Shown here piece after piece: positions 32,891 through 50,652 of a stretch of DNA of 64,000 nt. Each line of letters begins with the position of its first letter. Position 1 is the first letter of the stretch. The stretch is from contig NW_026869311.1 of assembly GCF_020745735.1 (NCBI RefSeq), positions 62,001 through 126,000 on the forward strand, in the 5' to 3' direction. The notes under the pieces are model-generated. The model was not told the origin of the DNA, searched no databases, and saw only the letters and a program-made list of their open reading frames with translations. Made by a program: the position numbers and the translations under genes. Source of the DNA: Hemiscyllium ocellatum (taxonomy: Eukaryota).

Positions 32891-34883
32891 CTGGAAGCTA
32901 GACAGGTTTGAGAGATGAAATTTAATGATATCATTGCTCTTGGAGTAATAGATTCTGTGCACACCCCAAATGAGCTGGATGTGATTGAATGACAGATGAA
33001 GTCTCTTGTCCTTGGAAACACGATATTAACCTTCTCTTCACCTTTACCAAATATATGAATGTGTCCCAGAATTTTACCTGACAAATTAAATGCAAAGGTT
33101 TTATTTTTGCTAGCTTCAAAATGGACCAAATTTCAAATGTTCATTCATTAATGGGAAATGGGCATCGCGAGCTTGTCCAACATTTATTGCCTGTCCCTGG
33201 TTGCCCTTCTGAAGGTGATGATGAACTGCCTTCTTGAAACAAAACAGTCAATTGACTTAGCTACACCCACAGGACTGTTAGGGAGGGGGATCCAGGATTT
33301 TGACCCAGTGACACTGAAGTAACACCAATGTATTTCCAAGTCAGGATGGTGAGTGACTTGGAGGGACCTTCCTTGTCCTTATAGATGGTATCGGTCGTGT
33401 ATTTGGAAGGTGCAGACTCAGGTCCCGGAGAGAATTACTCTCGTACATCTCGTGGATAGTACACACAGCTGCCACTGAGTGTCAGTGGAAGGGGGAGTGA
33501 ATATTTGTGAATGTGGTGCCAATCAAGTGGGCTGCTTTGTCCTGGATGGTGTTGAGCTTCTTGTATGTTGTTGGAGATGTACTCATTCAGGTAAGTAGGG
33601 AGTATTCCATCTCACTCCTGAGTTGTGTTTTGAAGATGGGAGACAGGCTGTTGGGAGTCAGAGATTGTTTACTTGCTGCAGGATCCCTAGTCTCACTGAA
33701 TTTATCTGACCAGTCCCGTTCATATTCTGGTCAATGGTAATCCCAGGATATTGATAGTGGGGGATTCAGTCATGATAATGTTATTGAATGTCATGGGGTA
33801 ATGGTTAGATTCTCCTTTGGTGGAGGTGGCCGTTGCCTGGTACTTACCATATATGGACATGGACCGCTTCACTTTATGAGAAATTATAAGCTACTTTGTA
33901 AAAGCAGTTGAGAAATAAAACCAGAACATGCTGGAGAGTCTCCGTGTGTCTGGCCGAATCTGTGAGAGGAGGCATAGAGTTAATGTTGAGTCCAGTGACT
34001 GAGTCAAAATGTGACTCAAATTATTAACTCTGTTTCTCTCTCCAAAGAGGCTGGCAGCTCTGCTGAGATTCTTCAGCAATTTCTGCTGTGGTTCCAGATT
34101 TCCATTTTCTGTGGGATTTTGATTTTTTTTAATCGAACTGGTTCAATCCCAGGGTGAGGTGGAGATGTGTTCCCTTTGATTAACCTCAATGTTAGATAGG
34201 CCTGACAGAGTGGCTTTGATTCACATCTGGAGCCACCAATAACATCACACTGAGAAGTATCTTGTGCAAGATGCCTGTGGGCACAATTGGTCTGTCTGAC
34301 CAGAAACTGTATTCATGTATTTACACACATTCTGGTTAAAAAGGATCCAAAACACACTGTTATCCAGCAGTCACAAAGACCTTATCCAAATGGATGGACA
34401 TCACATGGTCACTCAATGATCATCAGAGACTTTGAAAAATGCCTTTGGATACTGGCTCTGGGGGTAACTATTGACTGATCCTGTGTCTAAGATTACATTG
34501 AATTTAGTATCCCTAATTTATTCGGGAGCAGGGATGGGGATAGATTCAAAACAAAATCAAGGTGGTGAAAAACAAACTCCTACAGATGATTTTCTTCACA
34601 ATGGCAGAGTTGAAATAGGACTGTAAATATCTTTGAGCGTAACAAGGACATAAGTATCTCATTTCATTGCCGTTCCCATCAAATTCCTAACATTCTATTC
34701 TATGGGATGTGGATAATGGCCAGGCCAGCATTTACCCCATCCCTAGAGCCAATCATATTGCTGTAGGCGAGTCTGGCATCCCGTGTAGGCCAGCTCAGGT
34801 AAGGACAGCAGATTTCTTTCCCTGAAGAGCATTTGTGTACCAGGTCAGGATTCTCCCTGACAATGGACAACAGCTTCATGGTC

Positions 34884-35131
34884 GCAGAATGCGGTGCTGG
34901 AAAAGCACAGCAGGTCAGGCAGCATCCGAGGAGCAGGGGAATTGATGTTTGGGGTATGAGCCCTCCATCAGGATGAAAGGCTGATACCCGAAATGTCGAC
35001 TCGAGGGCCTATGGGCCTATACTGCGCTGTAACGTTCTCCTGCTCCTCAGATGCTACCTGACCTGCTGTGCTTTTCCAGCACCACACGTTTTGACTCTGA
35101 TCCCCAGCATCTGCATTCCTCACTTTCTCCT
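34884..35131. mobile_element. Penelope-like fold-back element (paralog of 336-583)
   Basis: Same arms and flanking duplication. Confidence 0.7.
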
Positions 35132-36538
35132 AACAGCTCTATGGTCCTCTTTGACTGGATTCCAGATTTTTATTGAATACAAATTCCACCAGCTGCAATG
35201 GCTGGATTTGAACACGCCCCCCCCACCAGTCTCATGCTGATGGCAGTAGGTCATCACCTTCACTGCCTTAGACAGCGGCTAACTGCCATCAGCATCTCCA
35301 TCCACGTGTACAGGATGGTGAAAGAAATGGAGATAAGCAAAATGTGGAAGGTACAGCTGGCGACGAAGTACTGCAAAGCACCTAAATACAACGGTAACAT
35401 CATGGGAAACCCTTACTATTGGTTTGCCGAACTGACTGAAGAGAAAAATATTTGGATGTGGAGGAGGGTGAAGGTGAAGCATTTACTTCAATCCATGTTG
35501 AATTCACAATGCCCTATCTAAATTGGTTAATGGGGCACAGTTCCACTCCTGCCAATATCGTAACCAGGCTGATGTTGAGGAGTACCTGTCTAGATTATAG
35601 AGGGGCTTAAAAAGAGCAGGAGTTTATTTTAAATAGTGAACATTATGGCTGTGTTCAGCATTGTCCAAGCAGCCACTCTTGCAGGTTCTCACGGTGTAGG
35701 GTTAAACTTCCCCAGTGAGTCTAATGCAGTAATTGTGGATTGGAGAGAGGGCCTAGGCCTATCACATGTTAAGATTACTGTGACATTCCACAGATTCACC
35801 AACACTCAGATTACCGAAACCTGGAAAGCTCTAAAGTAGACAAAATTCCAAACTTGCAGATTAGACCACACTATTAACAGGACAGTACCCTCAACACCTC
35901 AAACACAGTCTAATGTGCTCTGGAGATAAGCCACCAGGCTTTGCTTCCAAGAAAACCAGCAAGTTTAATACAGTTGTGATTTCAGAGAGAACTTACTGTG
36001 AAACTTGCTCTAATTTAGGATGCGAGGAGTGGGGGAAAAGTTGGTTGTGGATTTGAAAAACTAAAACAGCTGAGGTTTTAATCTAACTGGCGATGGTCAG
36101 ATAGTGTTAGCAAAGTTATTACCAGTGGCACTGGTCCTTGTACTTGTCTACAGACAAAAGTTTGTAAAACTCCTCTTGCTGCTCAGAATCTGGTAGTGCC
36201 CATCTCCCACCGTAACGGAGAAAACATTTGCTCCATAAACTCAGCTCTGTACTTGGTCTTATACCCACACCACATATTTGGTGTCAGATGAAGTAATTTG
36301 GACTGGATTTAATTATTGATCTGGATCAAGAGATCCTCTGATAGCAAGTCCCAGCACAGACCTATATACACAGTTTGACCTAGTCAGCAAAAACCAATCC
36401 AACAATGAACAGTTTATTTATAGTTGGTACATTTTATAATCAAGCCCAGGACAGTGAGCTACTTCCACAGCTTCACATTCTATAGAACTCATTCATAGAG
36501 AGAGAAAGAAAAATAAAGTCTTGCTCCCTGCAGTCAGT

Positions 36539-38290
<1,752 letters not shown>

Positions 38291-38525
38291 CTTCACTATT
38301 CCTACTCACTATCAGCTAGACTGGGCCACTTTCTCACAAGCTCTTGCATTTATCCTCCTGGGACACCCTGCACCTCACCAGGGAATGATGTCACCAACAA
38401 TGACTGACAATCCCTGATAACCAATTAGAAATCTCCATGAATCCAGGTACCAATGATCAAAGGAGTTGGGGGAAGAGCAGGCGGTGCTGTGGGGAGAAGT
38501 TGAGACCCAGAGCCAATCAGAGATT
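38291..38525 (-). promoter_or_regulatory. Ferritin core promoter/5' UTR, copy 6
   Basis: GGATAAAT box and AGCCAATCAGAG conserved. Confidence 0.6.
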
Positions 38526-39449
38526 GGGACATGGAGAGATTTTGGATTGATAGATCCTGTACCCAGCCGAAAGCAGCTGATTTTTGTTTTTCTTTTAAGT
38601 AGAGAAATAAGAATGAATGGAGCGAAAAAAAAATGTTATTTCTAATGAAACACTTTCTTTTAATTTGACCTAATTTGTTTTTTTGCCTCATACAGCTGTG
38701 ACCTCTGTGATCCCAAGGTGGTTAGGTCCTGGATGAGATGCTGCACCTTGTCTTCTTGCATCAAAATTCTGGTTGTGTTTATTGTTTGGAAGCGGGTAAA
38801 CTCAACCTTTGGACAACCATCATTGACGTCATTTTGTATGAGATTGCTGGAATCTTGCTCATTGTGGAATAGGCTTGCAGCCATCATCTGATATGAGTTT
38901 TGATCCCAGTAGGGTGTTTAATCCAATGTCACAATATTTATGATATCTCTTGTAACAGAAGAAGCTCAGTGCAGTTGTGGTATTACAGAAAATCCAACAG
39001 GTAGTTATTATGTATAAGCACTGTATCTAGAAGCACATGAGTGGCTGGCTACAGCACAGAACTGCTTCAAGTAGTGTGCCATGCTTCAGGAGATCCTCAG
39101 TAAGATGGAGTCTGAAACCTTTATACCCTTGGGTCATATGGTATGATACAATGGTGAGATCCTAGGTGTGTCTTTTAAAGGGGTAATGACTGTGTGCCAT
39201 GATACAACACTATGCTCCTTTTACATTGGGATCTAATCTTTGTCAAGTGTTGCAGAGGAAAATCACTAGGCAGGGCTCATGAGAAGAGACTCATTTTAAA
39301 TAAGAAGAGTTGTAAATAAGATGTATCTTAATGCACGATGACAGAAATTGTTTCAGTGAGATGGTAGGTCTGTCCATTGCTCAATCCAGGGCTGTTCAAC
39401 CATTCCCCACCCAAGTCCTTATGACATCATTAAATTGGATGGTGCTTAA

Positions 39450-39796
39450 GGCACGGTGTCTCAGTGGTTAGCACTGCTAGCTCATGGTGCCGGATGAGCT
39501 TGGGTTCGATTCCAGCCTCAGGCAACTGTCTATGTGGAGTTTGCACATCCTCCCCCTGTCTGTGTGGGTTTCCTCCGGGTGATCCAGTTTCCTCCCACAG
39601 CTCAAAGATGTGCAGGTTAGGTGAATTGGCCATGCTAAATTGTTCATAGTGTGCAGGGATGTGGAGGTTAAGTGCATTAGTTAGGGGTAAATATAGAGTG
39701 GTAGGGGAATGGGTCTGGGTGGGTTACTCTTGGGAGGGTTGGTATGGACTTGTTGGGCATAATGGCCTGTTTCCACACTATAAGGATTCTATGATC
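39450..39796 (+). mobile_element. V-SINE (HE1-like)
   Basis: A/B boxes, V core, CR1-type 3' end with gattctatga tail. Confidence 0.88.
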
Positions 39797-41139
39797 TTAA
39801 TGCTACGCTCAGCATTTAATCTTTCAGAATCATTACCTTTGACAAGCTTCTTTTTTCATAACAAACCTTGATGCATTCTTATGTATAATTACAATTATCA
39901 CGACCCCATCTCTCCCCAAGGCATATTCAGGCAATCTGGAGGTTTCAAAATCTATTCATTCAAAAAGTGATCTCTTCCAATTTGGAGGATGAGCAGAACT
40001 TTGCCTTGAGGATTGCTGACCTTGATTCCACTAGATGCCCTTTTATCCCTTGGCAGATTTTTGTCATCTGAACTCCATTTGTGTTGATAGGATTGGAAAA
40101 CATTTCTGCTAAGATTATGCTTTAAGAGGTTTGTTTTGTCCTGCTTTCTTGTATTGAAGGTTGAGAGAGATTGGGAATAGGTGCTGAGCAGTCAATGAGA
40201 AGATAATCAACTTGTGAGGCTTTGGGTTTTTAAAAAAATAGTTGGAACAATAGAAGCAGCCTGAATGGGTGTGGTTGAGCCCCCACCCACAGAACCAGGG
40301 ATTGTTAGTTGCTGTTGAAGGCTCAGCAGGGTTGAAAGCAGCTAGGATTGGGAAAAGCTGCCACATTTTTCTTTGCTACAGCTGAAAGCTGGAGTTTTTT
40401 CTCTCTCAGAATTGTCTTTTGATGTTCTTTCCTCCTGGATTGGAGAATTGCACGTGAGACAATCTGTTTCCTAAATTTGCCTTTAGTCAAGGATTCAAAT
40501 AGTAAAGGAATTGCAATTGATAGTGAACAGTTGAATTATAGTCAATTATGCCAAGTGTCTTTAAAGGGAGTCTACGTCAAGTCAAGGAGCAACCAGATAT
40601 GGATCCAAAGGAAATATTAAGCACTGAATAAGCAGTTGCTGGACAACCTGTTTATGGCATGTTACTATGTTGGAACAGTTAATTAGTAATAATTGCTGTA
40701 TATGTTATTTTGTTAAGCATTCCAATAGTTACAGCTAGGCTAATTCTATTCTACTCTTCTGTGGTATTTCAATTGTAGTATTTGACCAAATTGTGTTGTG
40801 CTTAACATAAAGTAGTTTGACCAATCAAATTTCAGCTGGAAAGCAGAACAACACATTTATCTTTAAAATCAGAAAAAGTGAGGGTCTAGACTACCTTCTT
40901 AATATATTTGGAGGAAGTCTGGTCCAGTCCATAAAACTATGTAGGCCAATCCTACGTAGTCACAGATTTCCATCCTGTGGACCATCTGAAACAATTCCCT
41001 GATAATTGACCTTATTAATCTCAGCAATTTCTCTCTTTGTGGTGGTCCATAAAAGGTCTAGGAAGCTGAATGACTTCACCTGTAGGTTGTTCACTACTAA
41101 TTCAACTGTTCACTATCAATTTCAATTCCTTTACTATTT

Positions 41140-43020
41140 GAATAATGTACCGCAAGGATCTCTTTTGGGGCCCTGCTCCCGTAAAGATCTGTTTTGGGTC
41201 CACTGCTGTTTGTCATTTTTATAAATGACCTGAATAAGGGTGTAGAAGGATGGGTTAGTAAATTTGCGGATGACACTAAGGTCAGTGGAATTGTGGGTAG
41301 TGGCAAAGGCTGTTGCAGTTTACAGAGAGGCATAAATAAGCTGCAGAGCTGGGCTGAGAGGTGGCAAATTGAGTTTAATGTGGAAAAGTGTGAGGTGATT
41401 GACTTTGGAGGGAGTAAGAGAAATGCAGAGTACTAGGTTAATGGTAAGAATCTTGATAGTGTAGATGAACAGAGAGATCCCAGTGTCCACGTACATAGAT
41501 CCCTGCAAGTTGCCACCAGGTTGATAGGGTTGTTAAAAAGGCATATGTGTGTTAGCTTTTATTAGTAGAGGGATTGAGTTTCAGAGCCATGAGGTCATGC
41601 TGCAGCTGCACAAAGCTCTGGTGCGACTGCACTTAGAGTATTGCATACAGTTCTGGTCACCGCATTATAGGAAGGATGTGGAAGTTTTGAAAAGGGTGCA
41701 GAGGAGATTTACTAGAAGCTTGTCTGGTATAGAGGGAAGGTCTTATGATAAAAGGCTGTTTTTGTTGGAGAGAAGAGGGTTAAAGGTGACTTAATTGACA
41801 CATATAAGATCATTAGAGGGTTAGATAGGGTGGACAGTGAGAGCCTTTTTCCTTGGATGGTGATTACTAGCACGAGGGGACATTGCCTTTAAAGGCAGTT
41901 TCTTTACTGAGAGAGTAATAGACTCACCAACTTTAAGGTCATTTGAATGGTCATTGGATAGACATATGGATGAAAATGAAATCGTGTAGGTTAGACGGGC
42001 TTCCGAAGGTGCAACATCGAGGGCCGAAAGGCCTGTACTGTGCTGTATTGTTCTACGTTCTATAATGTTCTGCAAAGGTGGCCTTTGTGTGGAGCCACAG
42101 AAAATGGGGGAGATACTAAATGAATACTTTTCATCAGTATTTACTATGGAAAAGGATGGAAGATATAGACTGTAGGGAAATAGATGGTGACATCTTGCAA
42201 AATGTCCACATTACAAAGGAAGAAGTGCTGGATGTCTTGAAACTGTTAAAGGTGGATAAATCCCCAGGACATGATCAGGTGTACCTGACAACTCAGTGGG
42301 AAGCTAGAGAAGTGATTGCTGGGCCTCTTGCTGAGATATTTGTATCATCGATAGTCACAGATGAGGTGCCAGAAGACTGGAGGTTGGCAAATGTGGTGCC
42401 ACTGTTTAAGAAGGGTGGTAAAGACAAGCCAGGGAACTATAGACCGGTGAGCCTGACCTCAGTGGTGGGCAAGTTCTTGGAGGGAATACTGAGGGAGAGG
42501 ATTTACATATAATTGGAAAGGCAAGGACTGATTCGGGATAGTTAACATAGCTTTGTGCATGGGAAATCATGTCTCACAAACTTGAAAGCTATAGAGAGAG
42601 GCTGAACAAGCTGGGGCTGTTTTCCCTGGAGCGTCAGAGGCTGAGGGGTGACTTTATAGAGGTTTACAGAATTGAGGGGCATGGATAGGATAAATTGACA
42701 AAGTCTTTCCCTGGGATCGGGGAGTCCAGATCTAGAGGGCATAGGTTTAGGATGAGAGGGCAAAAATATAAAAGAGACCTAAGGGGCAACTTTTTCACGC
42801 AGAGGGTGGTACATGTATGGAATGAGCTGCCAGAGGATGTGGTGGAGGCTGGTACAATTGCAACATTTAAGAGGCATTGGATGGGTATATAAATAGGAAG
42901 GGTGTGGAGGGATATGGGCTGGGTGCTGGCAGGTGGGACTAGATTAGGTTGGGATATCTGGTTGGCATGGACAGGTTGGACCGAAGGGTCTGTTTCCATG
43001 CTGTTCATCTCTTTAACTCT
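41140..43020 (+). mobile_element. Two adjacent decayed CR1 LINE fragments (~41140-42065 and ~42070-43020)
   Basis: RT ORF pieces 41194-41436 (FADD), 41549-41794, 42120-42512, 42695-42892 and two 3' ends. Confidence 0.9.
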
Positions 43021-43419
43021 ATGTTTAAGACCTTCATTCACAAGTGAATATTCAATTGTGAAACATATCTACATTTTCTTCTTTATTTGTATTGCAGAGT
43101 TGCTTGTATTATACCCTTAACCTTACATGGTATTCCTCCTGGACCATGTAGTTGCACTATTGTGGATTGCAAATAGTATTTTTCATCCATAGTATATGAT
43201 CTTATAATCCTGACCTTAACTCTAACTGTAATACAGTAACACTTGCTGGCTTGTACATGGACAAGAATTGTTACTTACCAAAATGTATTGGTTGGATTGT
43301 CTAGGAATAAATTGGATGATTCTTCAATTGTGAGTTGCTTCAGCTCATGAAATACTTTTGACCCTTTGCTGCGCTGTATCTAAAGATGATGTGCTACTTA
43401 TGGAATTAGCTAGTATAGT

Positions 43420-43630
43420 GTCATAGAGGTGTACAGCACAGAAACAATTTGTCCATGCCGACCTCACATCCAAACCTAATCTAATCTCGTTTAGCAGCAC
43501 TTGGCCCATATCCCTCTTGACTCTTCCTATTCAGATACGCATCCAGATGCCTTTTAAGTGTTGCAATTGTACCAGCCTCCACCACTTCCTCTGATGGCTC
43601 ATTCCATACACACACCAGCCTCTGCATGAT
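43420..43630 (-). mobile_element. CR1 3'-end fragment
   Basis: Reverse complement of gtggtggaggctggtacaattgcaac plus 3' UTR. Confidence 0.7.
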
Positions 43631-44236
43631 GTCTGACACTAGAGTAAATTTGCACAGTTACTGCCTTTGCTGTTTGATTTCAAATATCTCTGGACAAAAA
43701 GTGTGAGTCTGGGAAAAGTTAACACCATCAAAGTTAACAGCTGATTTTAGCCATACCTGTGTGGGAGACCTCACAGCACAGGATCAGAAAGGTGCATAGT
43801 GTTAGAGTACAACCTTGCTGTAAATATCTAGTAGTGAGTCGAGTCAGATCTTTCTTGAAGAGATATTTTCCCCTTGATTAAATTTTAAAAGTATATTCCA
43901 TAAGGACTAGGTTAGCAGTTTGTACAGCCAAGGTCAGCATTTCATGACATGCCCGTTAGTGGCAACTACTGTTCACGTCAAGGGATGAGGTTGACGTTGA
44001 ATGTCAAGATCAAGGAGAGAACTCCCTGTGCACTAAACTATGCTTCAAAGTTGCTGCATCATTTCAATCCTTGTGTTATGGGGAAAGGAATCCAAAATGA
44101 GGCCATTCTTAGTCCTATATGGAGCAGTTTATTTAAAGTTTATGTATAGTCACAGTAGTGCCCAGGTCTCAGATACTCCAAAAGATCTTGTCTCCATTTT
44201 ACACATCAAAAAGCTCACTTCCTGCAGTCAGTTGAG

Positions 44237-46242
<2,006 letters not shown>

Positions 46243-46465
46243 CTTCACTATTCTTGCTCACTATCACCCAGACAATTCTAGAACTGAGCTTCCCTCCTAC
46301 AAGCTCTCCATTTATCTTCCTGGGACACTGTGCACCCACCCAGAGAGAGGCAGCACTAATGATGATTGGCTATTAGGGATTGTCAATCAGAAATCCTCCA
46401 TTAATCCAGACACCACCAAACAAAGGAGAGGTGGATGTGGAGGAGGAGCTTAGAGCCAGAGATTT
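46243..46465 (-). promoter_or_regulatory. Ferritin core promoter/5' UTR, copy 7
   Basis: AGATAAAT box. Proximal CCAAT cassette inverted, distal CCAAT deleted (gagccagagatt). Confidence 0.6.
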
Positions 46466-46949
46466 GGAATACAAAGAGGATTGGGAAGTTTGCCTAATTA
46501 ATGTCACTGCTTTTCAATTCCATGACCTTTTCCAAATCTGAAGATGAGTCACCAGATAACAGTCTGGAACCACAACTTTGAATTTAGTGATAATTTCTCA
46601 CATTTTGCTGAGATGGATTATCCGAATGAGGGGCTGTGAAGCTGATACAATACCTTAAACAAACTGACTTGCTTTGAGGGGAATTCTAACCAGCCATTGG
46701 ACAGAAAAATGGAAATGTGAGACTGAGAGGGAGTGAATGTGACTGTACCCAATGTCACCCACAGACCCGTCCCTCATTGGCTGCAGTGGGGTTGGGGACA
46801 GACTCGATGGAGCAGCTGGTCTATTCCTGCCCATCTGTGTTGTTTGTTCAATGAGTCCATTTCTGGTCGACTTTCAAATTGGCTGAGTAATATTTGAATC
46901 TGATAGTTGTCGATTCAGGTTTTCTTAAACTCTTCAGCTCATCCAAAAA

Positions 46950-47480
46950 ACCTAAGAACTAGCAGCGGGAGTAGGCAGTCTGGCCCTTTGAGCCTGCTCC
47001 ACCAGTCAGTAAGACCATGGCTGATCTTTTTATGGACTCTGCTCCACCTACCTACCCTCTCTCCATAATCCTTCACTCCATTAATGTTCAAAAGTTTACC
47101 TGAAAAACATTCAACGAGATAGCATCAACTGCTTCACTGGGCAGGGAATTCCACAGAACCACAACCCTTTGGGTGAAGAAGTTCCTCCTGAACCCAGTCC
47201 TGAATCTGCTCCCTCTTATTTTAAGGCAATGCCCCCTAATTCTATTTTCACACTCCAGTGGAAACAACCTCTCTGTTTTTATCTTATCTATTCCCTTCAT
47301 AAATGTTATATATGTCTCTAAGAGCTCCCCAAATTCCAATGAGTATGGTCCTAATCTATTAATCGCTCCTCCTAAACCAACCTTCTCAATTCTGGAATTA
47401 ACCTAGTGAACCTCTTGTGTATCCCCTCTATGCCACTACATCCTTTCTCAAGCAAGAAGACCAAAATTGGAGACAGTTTT
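46950..47480 (-). mobile_element. CR1 3' fragment
   Basis: ORF 47088-47339 (FFTQRVV..WNSLP). Confidence 0.8.
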
Positions 47481-47744
47481 TCATTTACTCATTGTCACAC
47501 AATGAGGGTATTTGGCACACCCTCTCTGTTACAGCTTTTTTTTAAAAAAAAGAGCTGCCCAATTTGTCTCATTTCCAGATCCTTTCCTGATGGCCCTGCA
47601 ATTTGAGCCCTAGAGTCATACAGCACGGCAACCAACCCTTCAGTCTAACTTGTCTATGCCAACTAAGTTTCCCAAACTAATCTAGTTCCATTTGCCTGCA
47701 TTTAGCCCATATCTCTCTAAACCTATCTTATCCATGCCTCTGAT

Positions 47745-48039
47745 ATTAGATTAGATTACTTAGTGTGGAAACAGGCCCTTCGGCCCAACAAGTCCACACC
47801 GACCCGCCGAAGCGCAACCCACCCATACTCCTACATTTACCCTTTACCCAACATTACGGGCAATTTAGCATGGCCAATTCACCTGACCTGCATATCTTTG
47901 GACTGTGGGAGGAAACCGGAGCACCCAGAGGAAACCCACGCAGACACGGGGACAATGTGCAAACTCTACACAGTCAGTTGCCTAAGTCGGGAATTGAACC
48001 CGGGTCTCTGGCGCTGTGAGGCAGCATTCTAACCACTGT
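47745..48039 (-). mobile_element. Young V-SINE (HE1-like)
   Basis: Near-identical to 5538-5859 with (TCTAA)n tail. Confidence 0.88.
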
Positions 48040-48654
48040 TCAGTCTGGTTCCCTCAACCTTTCCGAATCCTTTCTGGTTAAAATGAACTAATTAGAACGG
48101 TCATCATTTAAACTTTAAATCCATTCACGGTGTGAAGGACACCAATAAGGATCCAGCAGGATTTGGAAATGGAAGATTCCCATCGTCTATTGTTGTATAA
48201 GGAAACATACACGAAAGGGTTAATCTATGAGTGAACATGAAGCTCCACCCGCTCTGGAGTATAGCACAGCCACTGGATGAAGCATTGGCTATTTGGCAAT
48301 TGGAGCAAGTCAGGTCAAATCCCAACACAGCAGATGATGCAATTTGAATTCAATAAAATAAAAAAAAAGGACCTGGCATTACAAATTTACTGCTGACCAT
48401 GTAACCATTATCGAATGTTGGTAAAAATCCATCAGCTCACCTATATCCTATTGGAAAGAAATCCACCATCCTCACCTGGTCTGGCCTACATGTAACTCCA
48501 GAGCCACAGTAATGTGGTCGACTCTCAACTGCCCTCTGGACAATGAATGCTGGCCTAGCTAGTGATGCCCACATCCTCTGAATGAATTGAAAATAGAAGT
48601 GGTTGTGGGACACAAGGTCTTTGTAGAGAGGCAAATATCTTCCCTGTTTACGTG

Positions 48655-49130
48655 AATGGTGTTGTGAAACTTGAAAGAGTTCAGAAAAGATTTAAAACAA
48701 TGTTACCAGGGTTGGAGGGTTTGAGCTGTCAGGAGAGGCTGAATAGACTGGGGCTGTTGTCCCTGGAGCATCAGAGACTGAGGGGGTGACTTTACAGAGA
48801 TTTATAAAATCATGAGGGGCATGGTGAGGGTAATAGACATGGTCTTTTCCTTGGGTTGATGGAGTCCAGCAGTAGAGGGCATAGGCTTAGGGTGAGAGGG
48901 GAAAAGGTATAAAAGGGACTTAAGGAACAACATTTTCACACGTGTATGGTGGTGCGTGTACAGACTGAGCTGCTGGAGGAAGTGGTGGAAGCTGGTACAA
49001 TTACAGCATTTAAAAGTATCTGGATGGGTACATGAACAGGAAGCGTTTAGAGGGATAGCAACCAATTGCTGTCTAATGGGACTAGATTAATTTAGGATAT
49101 CTGGTCAGAATGGACGAATTGGACTGAAAG
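48655..49130 (+). mobile_element. CR1 3' fragment
   Basis: Homologous to the CR1 ends at 42590-43000. Confidence 0.8.
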
Positions 49131-49164
49131 AAGTGCACAGCACAGGCACAGACCTATGACTCTG

Positions 49165-49516
49165 AGTGGAATACAAGGGTAAGTGACCGTGAGGAGGGCA
49201 GAGAAAAGGACACTATAAAAGCCTGTCTGAAGAAATGCAAAATGTCCACTGACAGAAAGGAATCACTTGCCCTCAAAATGCACAAACTGGAGAAACAACA
49301 TCCACGAAGACACCAACCACACTGAGAGAAGACCAAGTACCAGTAGCAGGAAGAGCAGGCAGTATCCAGAGGGTCCCACCCCTCCTCCTCCACACCTGAC
49401 CCCACTTGGGACACATTCTGCACCTCCAGGATTGGTCTGTTCAACCATCGTAGAACCCACACTGGCAGAAGAAAGCAAGTTATTCTCAACCCTGAAGGAC
49501 TACCAATGAAGAAGAG
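49165..49516 (+). mobile_element. RTE-clade LINE 3' fragment
   Basis: Translates to WRNNIHE... and a C-terminal CTSRIGLFNHRRTH motif typical of RTE ORFs, followed by a short gaagaag tail. Confidence 0.6.
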
Positions 49517-50652
49517 TTATGTAATAAAATACTTAAGGTAAGGAGAGACTTTTTGTCATTCATCCTGCACCACAGCTTTTGAAACCATCCCTTTAACTGG
49601 CATCAAAGGGAGAATTGGTGACAATAAACACAGGTGGTTAGTATCTAGGTACCAAGATACAACAGGTTTGAAATGGATGTTGCACCCAAACATAAACAGA
49701 TTGTTTAATGGAGGAGCTGTTGGTTTGAGGAAGGGGGGGGGAAAGAGAGGAGGTTTATAAGTTGATGGAACAGGTCTGCAAAGCGGAGTATCTAAATTGC
49801 TTCGGTCATGACAATGGATCAAAATCCCTGTCTACTTACAGACAGATTGAACTTTTCATGAGAATGTGCTTTTGAAAAGAGGACGTACAGCCAACAGTTG
49901 ACTAGATTTAGATTCAGTGACTGGCAAAGACCTGAGAGAAAGCATGGAATGTCATACCAGAAAAAGCTACTCAGAAAACCTCAAACAGCAACACCTCAAA
50001 GGGAAAGATGCCGTTGAAAACAAGCTAGACACTGATCCTCTGTGGCTATAACAGTAATGAGGGGTTGAATATCCCTCAACAGAAAGCCAACTCCTGAAGA
50101 TCATGCCTCACTTAACTTTCCAAGTTATGAAAAGGGTTAAATATGTATTGTAGTGCCTTATGTTAATGGGCTGTAAAGATCACAACCTAAGAACAGGTTT
50201 TAGAACTCCCACCTCCCTTCTCTTCCCTCCGTCAATGCTGCAGCTAAGAGATTGAACCTCACTGTGGTGGAAGCAGAAAACACCACAAAAGGTCTTCCAA
50301 CAAATGCACAAAGCTAGGTCTCTTGAAATAAACTGCTTCAAGAGTATCACGATTACACTCTAACATAGTGGCCAATGTTTCACATACTCTTCACAGAAGA
50401 AGAATGATACATAAACCTTCAAAGGAATTTCTTCTACGAGAGAGTGGTTAATGGGTAGAATTCATTCCTAGAGGGCTGTGGAAACCAGGTCATGGAGGGT
50501 GTTTCAGACAGAAATGGATAGGTTTTTCATTAAGGGGAAATCAAGGACTGCAAGGAAAAGGCAGGAGAATGAGATTGAGAAACATGCTTGAATGGGAGAG
50601 TTGATTCAGTGGGCTGAATGACCTAATTCTTCTCCTAATCTTGAATTTACTT

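Noticed and set aside
36400-36538. Possible SECIS in the copy-6 3' UTR (AUGAAUGAG...CUCA)
   Set aside because: No GA in register on the 3' arm to form the quartet, and the same UTR occurs in the Cys-encoding copy 1.
46498-46522. CAGTGA on the minus strand upstream of copies 7 and 8 as an IRE
   Set aside because: Flanks do not pair, there is no bulged C, and it lies upstream of the TATA-like box.
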